Origin: Fibrobacterales bacterium
GTDB taxonomy: Bacteria > Fibrobacterota > Fibrobacteria > Fibrobacterales > JAOPTW01
Assembly: GCA_051532055.1 (NCBI GenBank)
Contig: JAOPTX010000008.1
Span: 1 to 64,000 of the forward strand
Reading direction: 5' to 3'
Length of the DNA: 64,000 nucleotides
Below the pieces are notes generated by a model. It had not been told where the DNA came from and did no database searches. It saw nothing but the letters and a program-made list of their open reading frames with translations. The position numbers and the translations under genes are program-made. Below are positions 10,449 through 19,819 of the stretch, piece after piece (the stretch's first letter is position 1; every line of letters starts with the position of its first letter).

Positions 10449-10583
10449 ATGAGTCCGGCCCGGAAGTGGAAAGGGGTCATCTTTAATTGCTGTGGTGTCT
10501 ATGGCAGAGTTTACCAAAGCCCCAAAACGGGGCTTTTTACTGGTAACTGCCCCAGATGCTCCAAGCCAGCACGTATATCATGA
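10449..10583 (+). CDS. 44-aa small Cys-rich (Zn-ribbon-like) protein, absent from the ORF track
   Basis: Hand translation MSPARKWKGVIFNCCGVYGRVYQSPKTGLFTGNCPRCSKPARIS; starts 1 nt after the bamD stop and ends in an ATGA overlap with the next gene. Confidence 0.75.
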   Translation: MSPARKWKGVIFNCCGVYGRVYQSPKTGLFTGNCPRCSKPARIS

Positions 10584-11833
10584 ATAAAAAATTATTTGAA
10601 CATCTGACTCGCCCAACTCTGTATACAATACTCAAAACGATTATTGGCCTTCTCTGTCTTTCTACAACCCTTTTTGCCGAACCGAAACAAAATATGGCAG
10701 ATACCCTGGCTATAGCTGTAAATGATTCGAGCGCTATCACTACAGGTGTGCTTTTAGCCGATAGTCTCGTCGTTGACACTCCATCAAACAGTCCCAACCC
10801 CCGTGTTTCCATACAACTCGATTCTTTAGCATTAGACTCGTTGACACCGGACTCTCTTGCGATAGACTCCCTCACTGCTGAGATATCAGTCCATCCTGAC
10901 TCAATTCATTTAGCTGACTCCAGCCGTTTTGCAGTTTTTGTACAAGTGGGTACTCAATTTGTAGATTTTGATCAACGAAGCAAATTTGAAGCAGAGCTTT
11001 CAAAGACAGAAAGTTACCTCAAAGAAGCATCTACTGCTTCAGTCAAGAGAGAAGACCGATTTGAAACGGTTAACTTTACGATTCCTCTCTATCTGGGAAT
11101 TACCGCAAAAATAAACCATGACATCTCTATTAGTGGTGGTATCGGTTACTTTGTCTATACCAACGACCTTGCAATTATCAGTCAATCTGAGAATAAGAGT
11201 ATTGTAAGTTCAGCATTTGAATATAACCTCACTGCTACCCCTCTCTTTTTAGAATATAAGCACATGATTTCAGATGGACTCTTTACTATAAAAGATGTCC
11301 GAAGTTTTTCTATCTCCTTTCGCTGGTATTGGTTTCTCTCTGAGACCTATATAACCGCAACAAACCGTCCAATACTTGACGCCTCTGAACATATTGATAA
11401 GGAAGTAGGTCAAAGCGATTTTCCCTATGACTACTCTACTGAAGATATCAATACATTTCATAAAACCAAGAAACTCACCAGTACCTTTAACCCTTTGGGG
11501 AATGGTGGTGGGGTGTATTTAGGATACGAATTTGCTCAATGGAGATCTATTACCCTAGAAGGTGACATTGGAGTAAGTTTTGTCAAAATAGAAAGTAATG
11601 ACCCGTGGAGCACTCTACTCCCTCTCACAGAAACACCAACTGAAGAAGAGCAGGCAATACTTACAAAAGAACAGCTCTCAGAAGAGCAGGCTTCATGGAA
11701 CTTTGGTGGTATATCGTTACATGTAAAATTTGCCTACTACTTTGGAAAAATGGAGGCTCAGAATACCGATAAAAGAAAACGAATTGGGGGCTCAAAAAGC
11801 GGTTTAAACAACAATTCGTCCAATTTTCCTTAA
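10580..11833 (+). CDS. Exported protein with probable outer-membrane beta-barrel C-terminus
   Basis: Signal peptide (TTLFA), DSL-repeat linker, amphipathic beta-strands; start moved to the ATG at 10580 (ATGA coupling). Confidence 0.55.
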   Translation: MNKKLFEHLTRPTLYTILKTIIGLLCLSTTLFAEPKQNMADTLAIAVNDSSAITTGVLLADSLVVDTPSNSPNPRVSIQLDSLALDSLTPDSLAIDSLTAEISVHPDSIHLADSSRFAVFVQVGTQFVDFDQRSKFEAELSKTESYLKEASTASVKREDRFETVNFTIPLYLGITAKINHDISISGGIGYFVYTNDLAIISQSENKSIVSSAFEYNLTATPLFLEYKHMISDGLFTIKDVRSFSISFRWYWFLSETYITATNRPILDASEHIDKEVGQSDFPYDYSTEDINTFHKTKKLTSTFNPLGNGGGVYLGYEFAQWRSITLEGDIGVSFVKIESNDPWSTLLPLTETPTEEEQAILTKEQLSEEQASWNFGGISLHVKFAYYFGKMEAQNTDKRKRIGGSKSGLNNNSSNFP

Positions 11834-11903
11834 GATCTCCCCCATAGACGAATCCTATCAAATATTGTATCTTTGAGCCATCAAAATATACTGGAAAACG
11901 GAA

Positions 11904-12794
11904 ATGGCTCGACAATTTGAAATGGACCCTGTTCTAACAGATGTCCCCCTTTTTGCACAGGGAAAAGTGCGTGATATGTTTGATCTCGGTGATGCATTCC
12001 TCATGGTTGCTACCGATAGAGTTTCTGCATTTGACGTAGTACTCCCCAATCAACTCGAAGGTAAAGGCAAAATCCTTAATCAGCTCTCAATGTACTGGTT
12101 TAAAGCACTCCCTTTTAAAAATCACCTCATTACTGATCAAGTTGATGAAATGCCTGAAGTCCTCCACAAGTATAAAGACTACCTACAAGGTCGTTCAATG
12201 CTTGTAAAAAAAGCAGAACGCCTTGATATTGAGTGCGTTGTTCGTGGCTATCTTGTGGGGTCAGGTTGGAAAGATTATCAAAACACTGGTGCTGTATGTG
12301 GACATAATCTCCCTGCTAACCTAAAACTGAGCTGTAAAATCGATCCTCCAATTTTTACTCCAGCAGCAAAAATTGATGATGGACATGATGAAAATATCGA
12401 TTTTGAAACAATGAAAACGATTGTTACTGCTGAACAAGCTGAAGAAATGAGAACCCTCTCATTAGATATTTACTCAAAAGCTCGTGAAATTGCTGCAGAA
12501 AAAGGCATTATTCTTGCTGATACAAAATTTGAATTTGGTATTATTGATGGCGAAATTACGCTTATTGATGAAGTACTTACTCCTGACTCATCACGTTACT
12601 GGGATGCTTCAACCTATGCTGAAGATAAAGACCAAGATAGCTATGACAAACAGGTGATCCGCGATTGGCTCAGTACCCTCGACTGGGATAAAGAATACCC
12701 AGGCCCATCACTCACTGATGCGGTAATTGACAAAAGCATGAGTAAATATTTAGAAATATACAAACGTCTTACTGGAGAGGAACCTGTACTATGA
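11904..12794 (+). CDS. purC: SAICAR synthetase
   Basis: GKVRD, TDRVSAFD, ECVVRGYL, ADTKFEFG, DEVLTPDSSR, DKQ. Confidence 0.97.
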   Translation: MARQFEMDPVLTDVPLFAQGKVRDMFDLGDAFLMVATDRVSAFDVVLPNQLEGKGKILNQLSMYWFKALPFKNHLITDQVDEMPEVLHKYKDYLQGRSMLVKKAERLDIECVVRGYLVGSGWKDYQNTGAVCGHNLPANLKLSCKIDPPIFTPAAKIDDGHDENIDFETMKTIVTAEQAEEMRTLSLDIYSKAREIAAEKGIILADTKFEFGIIDGEITLIDEVLTPDSSRYWDASTYAEDKDQDSYDKQVIRDWLSTLDWDKEYPGPSLTDAVIDKSMSKYLEIYKRLTGEEPVL

Positions 12795-13810
12795 GTGAGA
12801 AACTCGAATTAGCATTTGAAGATGGCGTAGAACTTCGTTATGGCGAAAACTCGCACCAAAAAGCAGTATTTTATAAAGACCCGAACAGTGATGAATCATC
12901 ACTGGGTACCGCAAAACAACTCCATGGCAAAGAGCTCAGCTACAACAACATCGTCGATGCTGATGCTGCTCTTGAGATGGTCCGTGAATTTGCAGGTGCT
13001 CCAGCAGTTTCTATTATCAAACACCTTAATCCATGTGGACTTGCAACAGGAACCACTCTTGATCAGGCTTTTGAAGCAGCATGGCAGTGTGACCCCGTTT
13101 CTGCATTTGGGTCAGTTATTGCGGTTACTCAAAAAGTTGATCTTAAAACAGCGCAGCTCCTTAAAGGCCGTTTTATTGAGATTCTCCTTGCTCCAGGTTA
13201 TGATGATGATGCGCTTGAATTTCTCATGAAGAAGAGTAAAGATATTCGTATTCTTGAAATTAAGGATGTGAAAAAAGCAGAGAAAACTAAAGTATATAAA
13301 CACGTAATTGGTGGACTCCTTGTTCAAGATCGTGATGTCGCTACGTATGACAAATGGGAATGTGTTACTGAAACTCAGTTCCCTGCTGAGATTGATGCCC
13401 TTGCTAAATTTACGTGGATTGTTACCAAACACACCAAATCAAACGCAATTGTAATGTGTCGTGAATATGCTCCAGGTTGTTTTTCAATCGCAGGCCTTGG
13501 CCCTGGTCAACCTAATCGCATTGACTCAAACCTTCGCCTTTGCCAACCACGTGTTCGTGATGTTATCGCTACACTTGATAAACCAGAAGGTGTTGACGCT
13601 GCGCAATTCGAAAAAGATTTCTTTGGAACTCTCGTTATGGGTTCTGATGCGTTCTTCCCTTTTGATGACAACATCATTGCATCAAACGATGCGGGAATAA
13701 AATTCATTGTACAGCCTGGTGGTTCTATCCGTGACCCTGAAATAATCGAAACCTGTAATAAACTTGGTGTTGCCATGGTATTTACTGGCACGAGGCACTT
13801 CAGACACTAA
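12791..13810 (+). CDS. purH: AICAR formyltransferase (PurH C-terminal domain only)
   Basis: LRYGENSHQ, GKELSYNN, KHLNPCG, DPVSAFG, SDAFFPF, QPGGSIRD, RHFRH; no N-terminal IMP cyclohydrolase domain. Confidence 0.9.
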   Translation: MSEKLELAFEDGVELRYGENSHQKAVFYKDPNSDESSLGTAKQLHGKELSYNNIVDADAALEMVREFAGAPAVSIIKHLNPCGLATGTTLDQAFEAAWQCDPVSAFGSVIAVTQKVDLKTAQLLKGRFIEILLAPGYDDDALEFLMKKSKDIRILEIKDVKKAEKTKVYKHVIGGLLVQDRDVATYDKWECVTETQFPAEIDALAKFTWIVTKHTKSNAIVMCREYAPGCFSIAGLGPGQPNRIDSNLRLCQPRVRDVIATLDKPEGVDAAQFEKDFFGTLVMGSDAFFPFDDNIIASNDAGIKFIVQPGGSIRDPEIIETCNKLGVAMVFTGTRHFRH

Positions 13811-14247
13811 TGAGAGATCTCAAACATGAAGATAAAGAGAAAGTGTATATTGCACTTTCTTCTTTTTTAGATGGTGCACTCAAGCTCCCGTTAAATGCTA
13901 CACCGTGGGGAGAACTCAACGATTCACTCGCTGCGCTCAAAATACCACGATCTACCATCGATGTATTTACTTTTTGGGCATCGGGAACTCTCGAATATAT
14001 TCATGATAAGAAGTTTCCCTATCGCGTACTCCACGATATGGAAAAAGAACTGATCTCCCCTGAAGCCTATGGATTTATGCTTGAATCGATACGTCTTGGG
14101 TTTATTGAAACAACACAAACAGAATTTCTCCTTGAGGAGATGGCGCTCAAAGAGCACCTCCCTATCTCACATTCAGTCATACAAAAAACCATGATCAAAA
14201 ACTGGTTTAAAACAATCCACGATTCCGGGATAAAGAAGTCACAGTAA
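13810..14247 (+). CDS. Smg/DUF494-like protein
   Basis: RVLHDMEKELISPEAYGFM...LGFI...EFLLE resembles the Smg core; TAATG coupling on both sides. Confidence 0.6.
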   Translation: MRDLKHEDKEKVYIALSSFLDGALKLPLNATPWGELNDSLAALKIPRSTIDVFTFWASGTLEYIHDKKFPYRVLHDMEKELISPEAYGFMLESIRLGFIETTQTEFLLEEMALKEHLPISHSVIQKTMIKNWFKTIHDSGIKKSQ

Positions 14248-15551
14248 TGAAAAAAGTAACCGTAATTGGAGCAGGTCTCTCAGGATGTGAGGCTGCACTG
14301 CAACTTGCCACCCGTGGCATTAAAGTTGACCTCTACGAAATGAGACCAACTCAAAAAACACCTGCCCACAAAACAGAAAATGTTGCTGAGTTAGTCTGTT
14401 CAAATTCATTGAAAGGCCTTGGCCTCTCTGGAGCTCACGGCCTTTTTAAACATGAGCTTGAACTCCTCGGGTCAAAACTTCTGAAAGCTGCACGATCAGC
14501 ACGAGTCAAAGCAGGTGATTCTCTCACTGTAGACCGAGATATTTTCTCAGCAGAAGTAAAAAAGATGATTGATGCGGAAGAAAACATCACCTTTATTCAG
14601 GAAGAAGTTACCGAAATTAATCCTGATGAAATCACTATAATAGCAGCAGGACCACTTTGTTCTCAAAAACTTTCAGAAAAAGTTTTTGACCTCGTTGGTA
14701 CTGACAAATTGAACTTTTTCGATGCAATTGCACCAGTCGTTACTGTAGACTCAATTGACTTTAATCATGCCTACACTAAAAATCGTTGGGAAAAAGGAAC
14801 CACCAAAGATTTTATTAACTGTCCTCTCGATAAAGAGACCTACAACGCTTTTGTTGCAGAGCTTGTAGCTGCTGATCAAGTTGAGCCAAAACCCTATGAA
14901 CCTAAAGAACTATTCGAAGGCTGCCTTCCTGTAGAAGAGATTGCTCGCCGTGGTGAACAGACGCTCAATCATGGCCCAATGCGCCCTAAAGGACTCATGG
15001 ATGAAAATGGACATGTACCATACGCTGTCCTCCAACTCAGAGCAGAAAACATGGATGCGACCCTCTATAATATGGTCGGTTTTCAAACACGTTTAAAATG
15101 GGAAACGCAAAAACGCATTTTCCGTATGGTACCTGCTCTTAAAAATGCTGAGTTTGCTCGGTTAGGTGTCATGCACCGTAATACCTTTATTGACTCTCCA
15201 AAAGCACTTGATTCAAGCCTTCGTGCTCATAACACTAACGTCTTTTTTGCCGGTCAAATCACTGGTGCTGAAGGGTATACTGAAGCAATTGGTACGGGGT
15301 TCTTTACCGGACTCCAAGCATACTCCCTTGCCACCAAAGGTGAAACACTCCCCTTTCCTGAAGGGTCATGCCTCCATGCACTCGTTAAACACCTTACCTC
15401 ACCCAATGAAGATTTTCAGCCAATGAATTTTAACTTTGGGCTTCTCCCTCCCAAAGAAGGGCTTAAAAAAGCGCAAAAGAAGATGTTTCATGTAGATACT
15501 GCAATTGTAGCGGTACAAAACTTTGTGTACGAAAAGCTTCAAACATTATAA
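14247..15551 (+). CDS. trmFO: Folate-dependent tRNA m5U54 methyltransferase
   Basis: GAGLSGCEAA, AELVCSNS, FFDAIAP, FEGCLPVE, VGFQTRL, GVMHRNTF, AGQITGAEGY, FQPMNFNFG. Confidence 0.96.
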   Translation: MKKVTVIGAGLSGCEAALQLATRGIKVDLYEMRPTQKTPAHKTENVAELVCSNSLKGLGLSGAHGLFKHELELLGSKLLKAARSARVKAGDSLTVDRDIFSAEVKKMIDAEENITFIQEEVTEINPDEITIIAAGPLCSQKLSEKVFDLVGTDKLNFFDAIAPVVTVDSIDFNHAYTKNRWEKGTTKDFINCPLDKETYNAFVAELVAADQVEPKPYEPKELFEGCLPVEEIARRGEQTLNHGPMRPKGLMDENGHVPYAVLQLRAENMDATLYNMVGFQTRLKWETQKRIFRMVPALKNAEFARLGVMHRNTFIDSPKALDSSLRAHNTNVFFAGQITGAEGYTEAIGTGFFTGLQAYSLATKGETLPFPEGSCLHALVKHLTSPNEDFQPMNFNFGLLPPKEGLKKAQKKMFHVDTAIVAVQNFVYEKLQTL

Positions 15552-15644
15552 TACTAGACGAGTGAAGCAGTGGTCTCAAAATTCCATTGCCCACTCTTTT
15601 TTTACTACATTTTTACTCAAATCATTCTCTCTCAAAGGCCCACT

Positions 15645-16493
15645 ATGTCTCTTAAACTTGACGGTAAAGCACTCTCTAAAACTATCGAAGAAGAACTCTC
15701 GGTTCGTGTAACTGCAATTAAAGAAAAAAGTGGCAGAACACCTATTCTCGCAACAATACTCGTTGGCGCTGACCCATCATCTGCAATTTATGTCGGTATG
15801 AAAGGAAAAGCATGCGCACGCGTTGGTATGGAGTCTATTAAAGTTGAGATGAGTGAAGAGACTACAACTGAAGAACTCCTTGCTAAAATTGATGAGCTGA
15901 ATGCCAACCAAGATGTACATGGTATTCTGCTTCAGCATCCTGTACCCAAGCAGATCGACGAACGTCTTTGTTTTGACCGCATCTCTATACATAAAGATGT
16001 TGATGGAGTAACCTGTCTTGGCTTTGGCAACATGACTATGGGATTACCTGCTTATGGTTCTGCTACTCCTCAAGGGATTATGGAAACGCTCAAACGATTT
16101 GCTATTGACCTCTCTGGTAAACATGCCGTTGTTGTGGGACGGTCTCCTATTCTAGGGAAACCAATGGCAGCTATGATGCTCAACAAACATGCTACCGTAA
16201 CAATCTGTCACTCACGTACAAAAAACCTTGAAGCCTTTGTTCGCCAAGCAGACATGATTGTCGGTGCCGTTGGTGTTAAAGAGCTTATTAAATCTGACTG
16301 GATTAAAGATGGCGCCATTGTTGTCGATGCCGGATTTCACAAAGGTGGCTTTGGTGATATTGAAATTACTGATGCACTTAAAGATCGCTGTGGTGCATAC
16401 ACTCCTGTACCGGGTGGCGTTGGCCCTATGACCATTGCAACACTCATAACACAGACTGTTGAAGCCGCAGAGAAAGCGTGTGGTATTGCGTAG
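15645..16493 (+). CDS. folD: Methylenetetrahydrofolate dehydrogenase/cyclohydrolase
   Basis: LDGK start, [32 protein letters not shown]; start moved to the ATG at 15645. Confidence 0.96.
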   Translation: MSLKLDGKALSKTIEEELSVRVTAIKEKSGRTPILATILVGADPSSAIYVGMKGKACARVGMESIKVEMSEETTTEELLAKIDELNANQDVHGILLQHPVPKQIDERLCFDRISIHKDVDGVTCLGFGNMTMGLPAYGSATPQGIMETLKRFAIDLSGKHAVVVGRSPILGKPMAAMMLNKHATVTICHSRTKNLEAFVRQADMIVGAVGVKELIKSDWIKDGAIVVDAGFHKGGFGDIEITDALKDRCGAYTPVPGGVGPMTIATLITQTVEAAEKACGIA

Positions 16494-16540
16494 TTTTCCA
16501 AAACCACTGATATGATGTGGTATGTGCGCTTTGCGTAAGA

Positions 16541-16580
16541 AAACAAAAAAGAGACTTTATATAAAGTCTCTTTTTTGTTT
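16541..16580. terminator. Bidirectional intrinsic terminator (perfect 40-bp palindrome)
   Basis: AAACAAAAAAGAGACTTTAT|ATAAAGTCTCTTTTTTGTTT between convergent genes. Confidence 0.85.
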
Positions 16581-16589
16581 GGTGAATTT

Positions 16590-16620
16590 AAAACCCTACC
16601 TCGTAAGAGGTAGGGAAAAA
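16590..16620 (-). terminator. Intrinsic terminator of the Cys-rich lipoprotein gene
   Basis: CCCTACCTC-GTAA-GAGGTAGGG hairpin; the A-run on its left reads as a U-tail on the - strand. Confidence 0.7.
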
Positions 16621-16639
16621 CAACATTCGCCAGGTTATT

Positions 16640-18895
16640 TTAGTCGAGTATAAACGGGTACTCTGGATTATTAAATGCTTCTTGACAAAGACTTTCAGAA
16701 GTACTCATCAATGTATTAAACAGTGTTTCACAATTTGCAGGGATATCACCCATTGTAGCATCACTTGCATCATCATCTCCCATATACATACTACATTCTC
16801 CACTTGCTATTTCAATAAATGTTGAAATAACAGTATTGTAGCCTGGTTTACAGGTTTCAGGAAGCATTGGATCTATAACTGCAGCTCTGAACTCTGCATC
16901 GCACGCACTAGTAAAAATAGAAAAGTTTTCAGGACTAAAGCCCCCTTCACCATCAAGCTTCATGAACTTATCTTTACAGTCCTGAGTTACAAGGCGGTCT
17001 CCCACTTTATCACCAAAGCCATTGTCATCATCACCATGTTTACACATTTGCTCATGATCATCATAGTACTGACCTTCTGGACAATTATCACCCATCGAGC
17101 CACCACTAAATTCACATCTTCCTGTATTTTGATCGTAATATGATCCTTCACCACAGAAGTCATTGCCGATATTATTAGGTTCACAATATTGATAGTCGTC
17201 ATTCCAAGTATGCTCATCTGGACATTGAGGACCACCATCACCACCATTATCCCCACCATCATCAGCTAGGAATACCCAGTAAGGATCTACATCACGAGCA
17301 AGTTTACCACACTCAAGTGTTTTAAATTCATCCATTTTAGGTTCAAAACTATCCATAATGGTCATACATTCTTGAGGAGGTGTTCCACTATTATCCCCAT
17401 CAAATTGTGAACATGTTGCACTTCCAAAATACTGCGCCATGCCATTCATAATTCCAGTATAGAGAGTTCTACATTGTTCATTCGGGCCTTGAGGCATAGT
17501 AACTTGAATAAACTCAGAAATACAATCTCTTAAGAAAGTCTGCATTGACGTTTCATCTTCATTTGGACCATCCATTCTTAAATAGAGCTCTGAACAATAT
17601 GGTGTGAGTGAACGAACAACCATGTCATTAAATGGTTTATCATCTACACGACAATGGCCACGACCAACATCAAAATACTCACCAGGTCCACACTGCTGTA
17701 TTGTGATACAACGGTTCTGTTCCCAGCTCCACATTTCACTTGCGCCACACCCCGTAGAGTAGTCCATTTGACATTGTCCCATTTCGATATCAAACCATTC
17801 CCCATTTTCACAATTTTGGAAAGTAACACACTCACCTTTATTGTAACTCCATGCTTGATTTGGTCCACACTGTTGCATGGTCATACATGCTCCAGTAGCA
17901 TCATCATAATATTGATCCCAATTACACTGGGTAGTTACACAGTTACCTGCTGCATCACGGAATCCACCATTATCACATGGTTTCGACCATACATCCTCTT
18001 CACAAGGAGCACCTTCATATGGTTTGAAATATCCCATTGGACAATACCATGGATCATCCATACATGTTCCAGTATTGAAATCAGTATATTGACCTTCTGG
18101 ACAATTAACATTTGGCATACAGGTCCCCTCTGGAGTCACATATTCACTCGGTCCACACGCAGTACCATATCCTGCATAATTATCGTACACACACTCTTCT
18201 GTGTACATATCGAAGAAATGTCCCGGTGGACATTCTACGGCACAGGGAACAAATACTTCACCACTTCCGTCAGATTTTTCCCAACGTTCTTGATGTTTAC
18301 CATTTACCGCTTCGCACGAAGGGTTTTCTTGGCATTTAACTTCTACTGATTTGTCATCCGATGGAATATACATCGGGAACGTACAGTTCGCTAAATCTGG
18401 TCCAGCACCAGCTTCAATAAATCTACGTACATAGATTTCGGTCTGCGGTACACCACATTCATTAATGAGTCTTTTAACAATATCCTTAACGGGTTGCATA
18501 AGACTTGTACATTCTGCCGTTACACTGAAATCACACTTCTCAGCATTTTCAAAATATATTGAGTCAGCCATGATATATGCTCTATCATAGAGTTCACCAC
18601 AACTTGCATTATTTTTTATAGATTCGGGTCGAGATTCTTCAGCTTGCGCCTCTGCCGCCGCGTCATCTTTAAGGCAGTACTTTTGATACATGGTTAGTGC
18701 TTCATCATCTTGTGTATTGCGATACCGTTCCATGTATGCACTACACTCTTCTGATTCTGCATCATTTGTTTCAAGCGCCTCATCGAGGTTCGCCTCCTGC
18801 GCAGCCTCTTTTGCTTTTTCGAACAGATCACACCCCGACAGTGTCATTCCGCTGATCAAAGCAATAGAGATCATGGTTGCTAGTTGTTTTTTCAT
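16640..18895 (-). CDS. Highly Cys-rich modular lipoprotein
   Basis: Lipobox LSGC; 13 two-Cys hairpin repeats (e.g. CPEGQYTDFNTGTC) and three helical Cys-containing modules; RBS AGGAG. Confidence 0.75.
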   Translation of the reverse strand: MKKQLATMISIALISGMTLSGCDLFEKAKEAAQEANLDEALETNDAESEECSAYMERYRNTQDDEALTMYQKYCLKDDAAAEAQAEESRPESIKNNASCGELYDRAYIMADSIYFENAEKCDFSVTAECTSLMQPVKDIVKRLINECGVPQTEIYVRRFIEAGAGPDLANCTFPMYIPSDDKSVEVKCQENPSCEAVNGKHQERWEKSDGSGEVFVPCAVECPPGHFFDMYTEECVYDNYAGYGTACGPSEYVTPEGTCMPNVNCPEGQYTDFNTGTCMDDPWYCPMGYFKPYEGAPCEEDVWSKPCDNGGFRDAAGNCVTTQCNWDQYYDDATGACMTMQQCGPNQAWSYNKGECVTFQNCENGEWFDIEMGQCQMDYSTGCGASEMWSWEQNRCITIQQCGPGEYFDVGRGHCRVDDKPFNDMVVRSLTPYCSELYLRMDGPNEDETSMQTFLRDCISEFIQVTMPQGPNEQCRTLYTGIMNGMAQYFGSATCSQFDGDNSGTPPQECMTIMDSFEPKMDEFKTLECGKLARDVDPYWVFLADDGGDNGGDGGPQCPDEHTWNDDYQYCEPNNIGNDFCGEGSYYDQNTGRCEFSGGSMGDNCPEGQYYDDHEQMCKHGDDDNGFGDKVGDRLVTQDCKDKFMKLDGEGGFSPENFSIFTSACDAEFRAAVIDPMLPETCKPGYNTVISTFIEIASGECSMYMGDDDASDATMGDIPANCETLFNTLMSTSESLCQEAFNNPEYPFILD

Positions 18896-19016
18896 TGTGT
18901 TACTCCTGGCTTATTTGATTTAGGATCACAAAACTCGATTAATTTGAAATCTGTTTTGCAACTTTTCTAAATATTACCACACTTAAATCAAATTACCAGA
19001 AATAATTCTCTGACTG

Positions 19017-19034
19017 GATAGTCACGTGACTATC
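19017..19034. promoter_or_regulatory. Perfect 18-bp palindrome, candidate operator
   Basis: GATAGTCACGTGACTATC about 120 bp upstream of the 18895 start. Confidence 0.4.
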
Positions 19035-19387
19035 GTCACTGAAAAGCTTAAAAAACGCAAATATTTTACCACTACTAAAGCCACGAAACCCTAGTATCTC
19101 AATTAGCTAAAGTGACTTGAATGTCTGTATTTAATGAATGAGTACAAAAACCATACCGAGCTATGAGCAAAAACTTGTCTCTGAATAATTAAATGTATTG
19201 AAAAAAATTTTGATAATATTTTTAAAAAATAGAACTAATGAATAGAGCTGTATCACAGGTGTATCTTGACTTCACGGCCATCGGATCGTTATGTGACTAT
19301 TGATATCTACCGAGTACTTCAATAGCTATGCCCTATACTCAGACTTTGATAGAGTATCTATTATGAGTAAAGGATACTTGAGGGTAC

Positions 19388-19416
19388 AAAAAAAAGACCT
19401 CTGTATAGAGGCCTTT
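19388..19416 (-). terminator. Intrinsic terminator
   Basis: Minus strand AAAGGCCTCT-ATAC-AGAGGTCTTTTTTTT downstream of 19451..19744. Confidence 0.75.
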
Positions 19417-19450
19417 CAAGATCGTAACTTATGTATAGTTTTAGTAGAAT

Positions 19451-19744
19451 CTATTGATCCACACACTCACCACTGACACACATATCTTCATAGTTTTCTT
19501 TATAGTCATCTTCAGTAACTTCATCATCACATTCAGCTTTTTCAGCTGAAGAACTATCACCACCAGTAGCTGATGAACTTAATTCAGCAACTTCAGCAAC
19601 TTTTAATAAAGATCCAGACTCTTCGTCTTCGCACCAGTCTTTAATAGATTTTTGCTCAACATCTGGCGTTTCTGTTGTTTCTGCACAATTCATAAATGTA
19701 AACGCGATTCCAGCAATTAATAGTAATGAAAATAGGGATTTCAT
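19451..19744 (-). CDS. Small acidic lipoprotein
   Basis: Lipobox-like FMNC, four further Cys, RBS AGGAG, own terminator. Confidence 0.75.
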   Translation of the reverse strand: MKSLFSLLLIAGIAFTFMNCAETTETPDVEQKSIKDWCEDEESGSLLKVAEVAELSSSATGGDSSSAEKAECDDEVTEDDYKENYEDMCVSGECVDQ

Positions 19745-19819
19745 CTCTGCTCCTTTTTATTGTTTCCTATAATGTAAATAAAAAAAAGAAAGAAAATCAA
19801 AAAATATAAGGAAAATATG

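Noticed and set aside
10451..10480. GTCCGGCCCGGAAGTGGAAAGG as a possible SRP RNA loop
   Set aside because: Lacks the CAGG...GGAA...AGCAG helix-8 context; better explained by the 44-aa CDS
17654..18349. 231-aa plus-strand ORF
   Set aside because: Antisense shadow of the repetitive Cys-rich lipoprotein; no motifs
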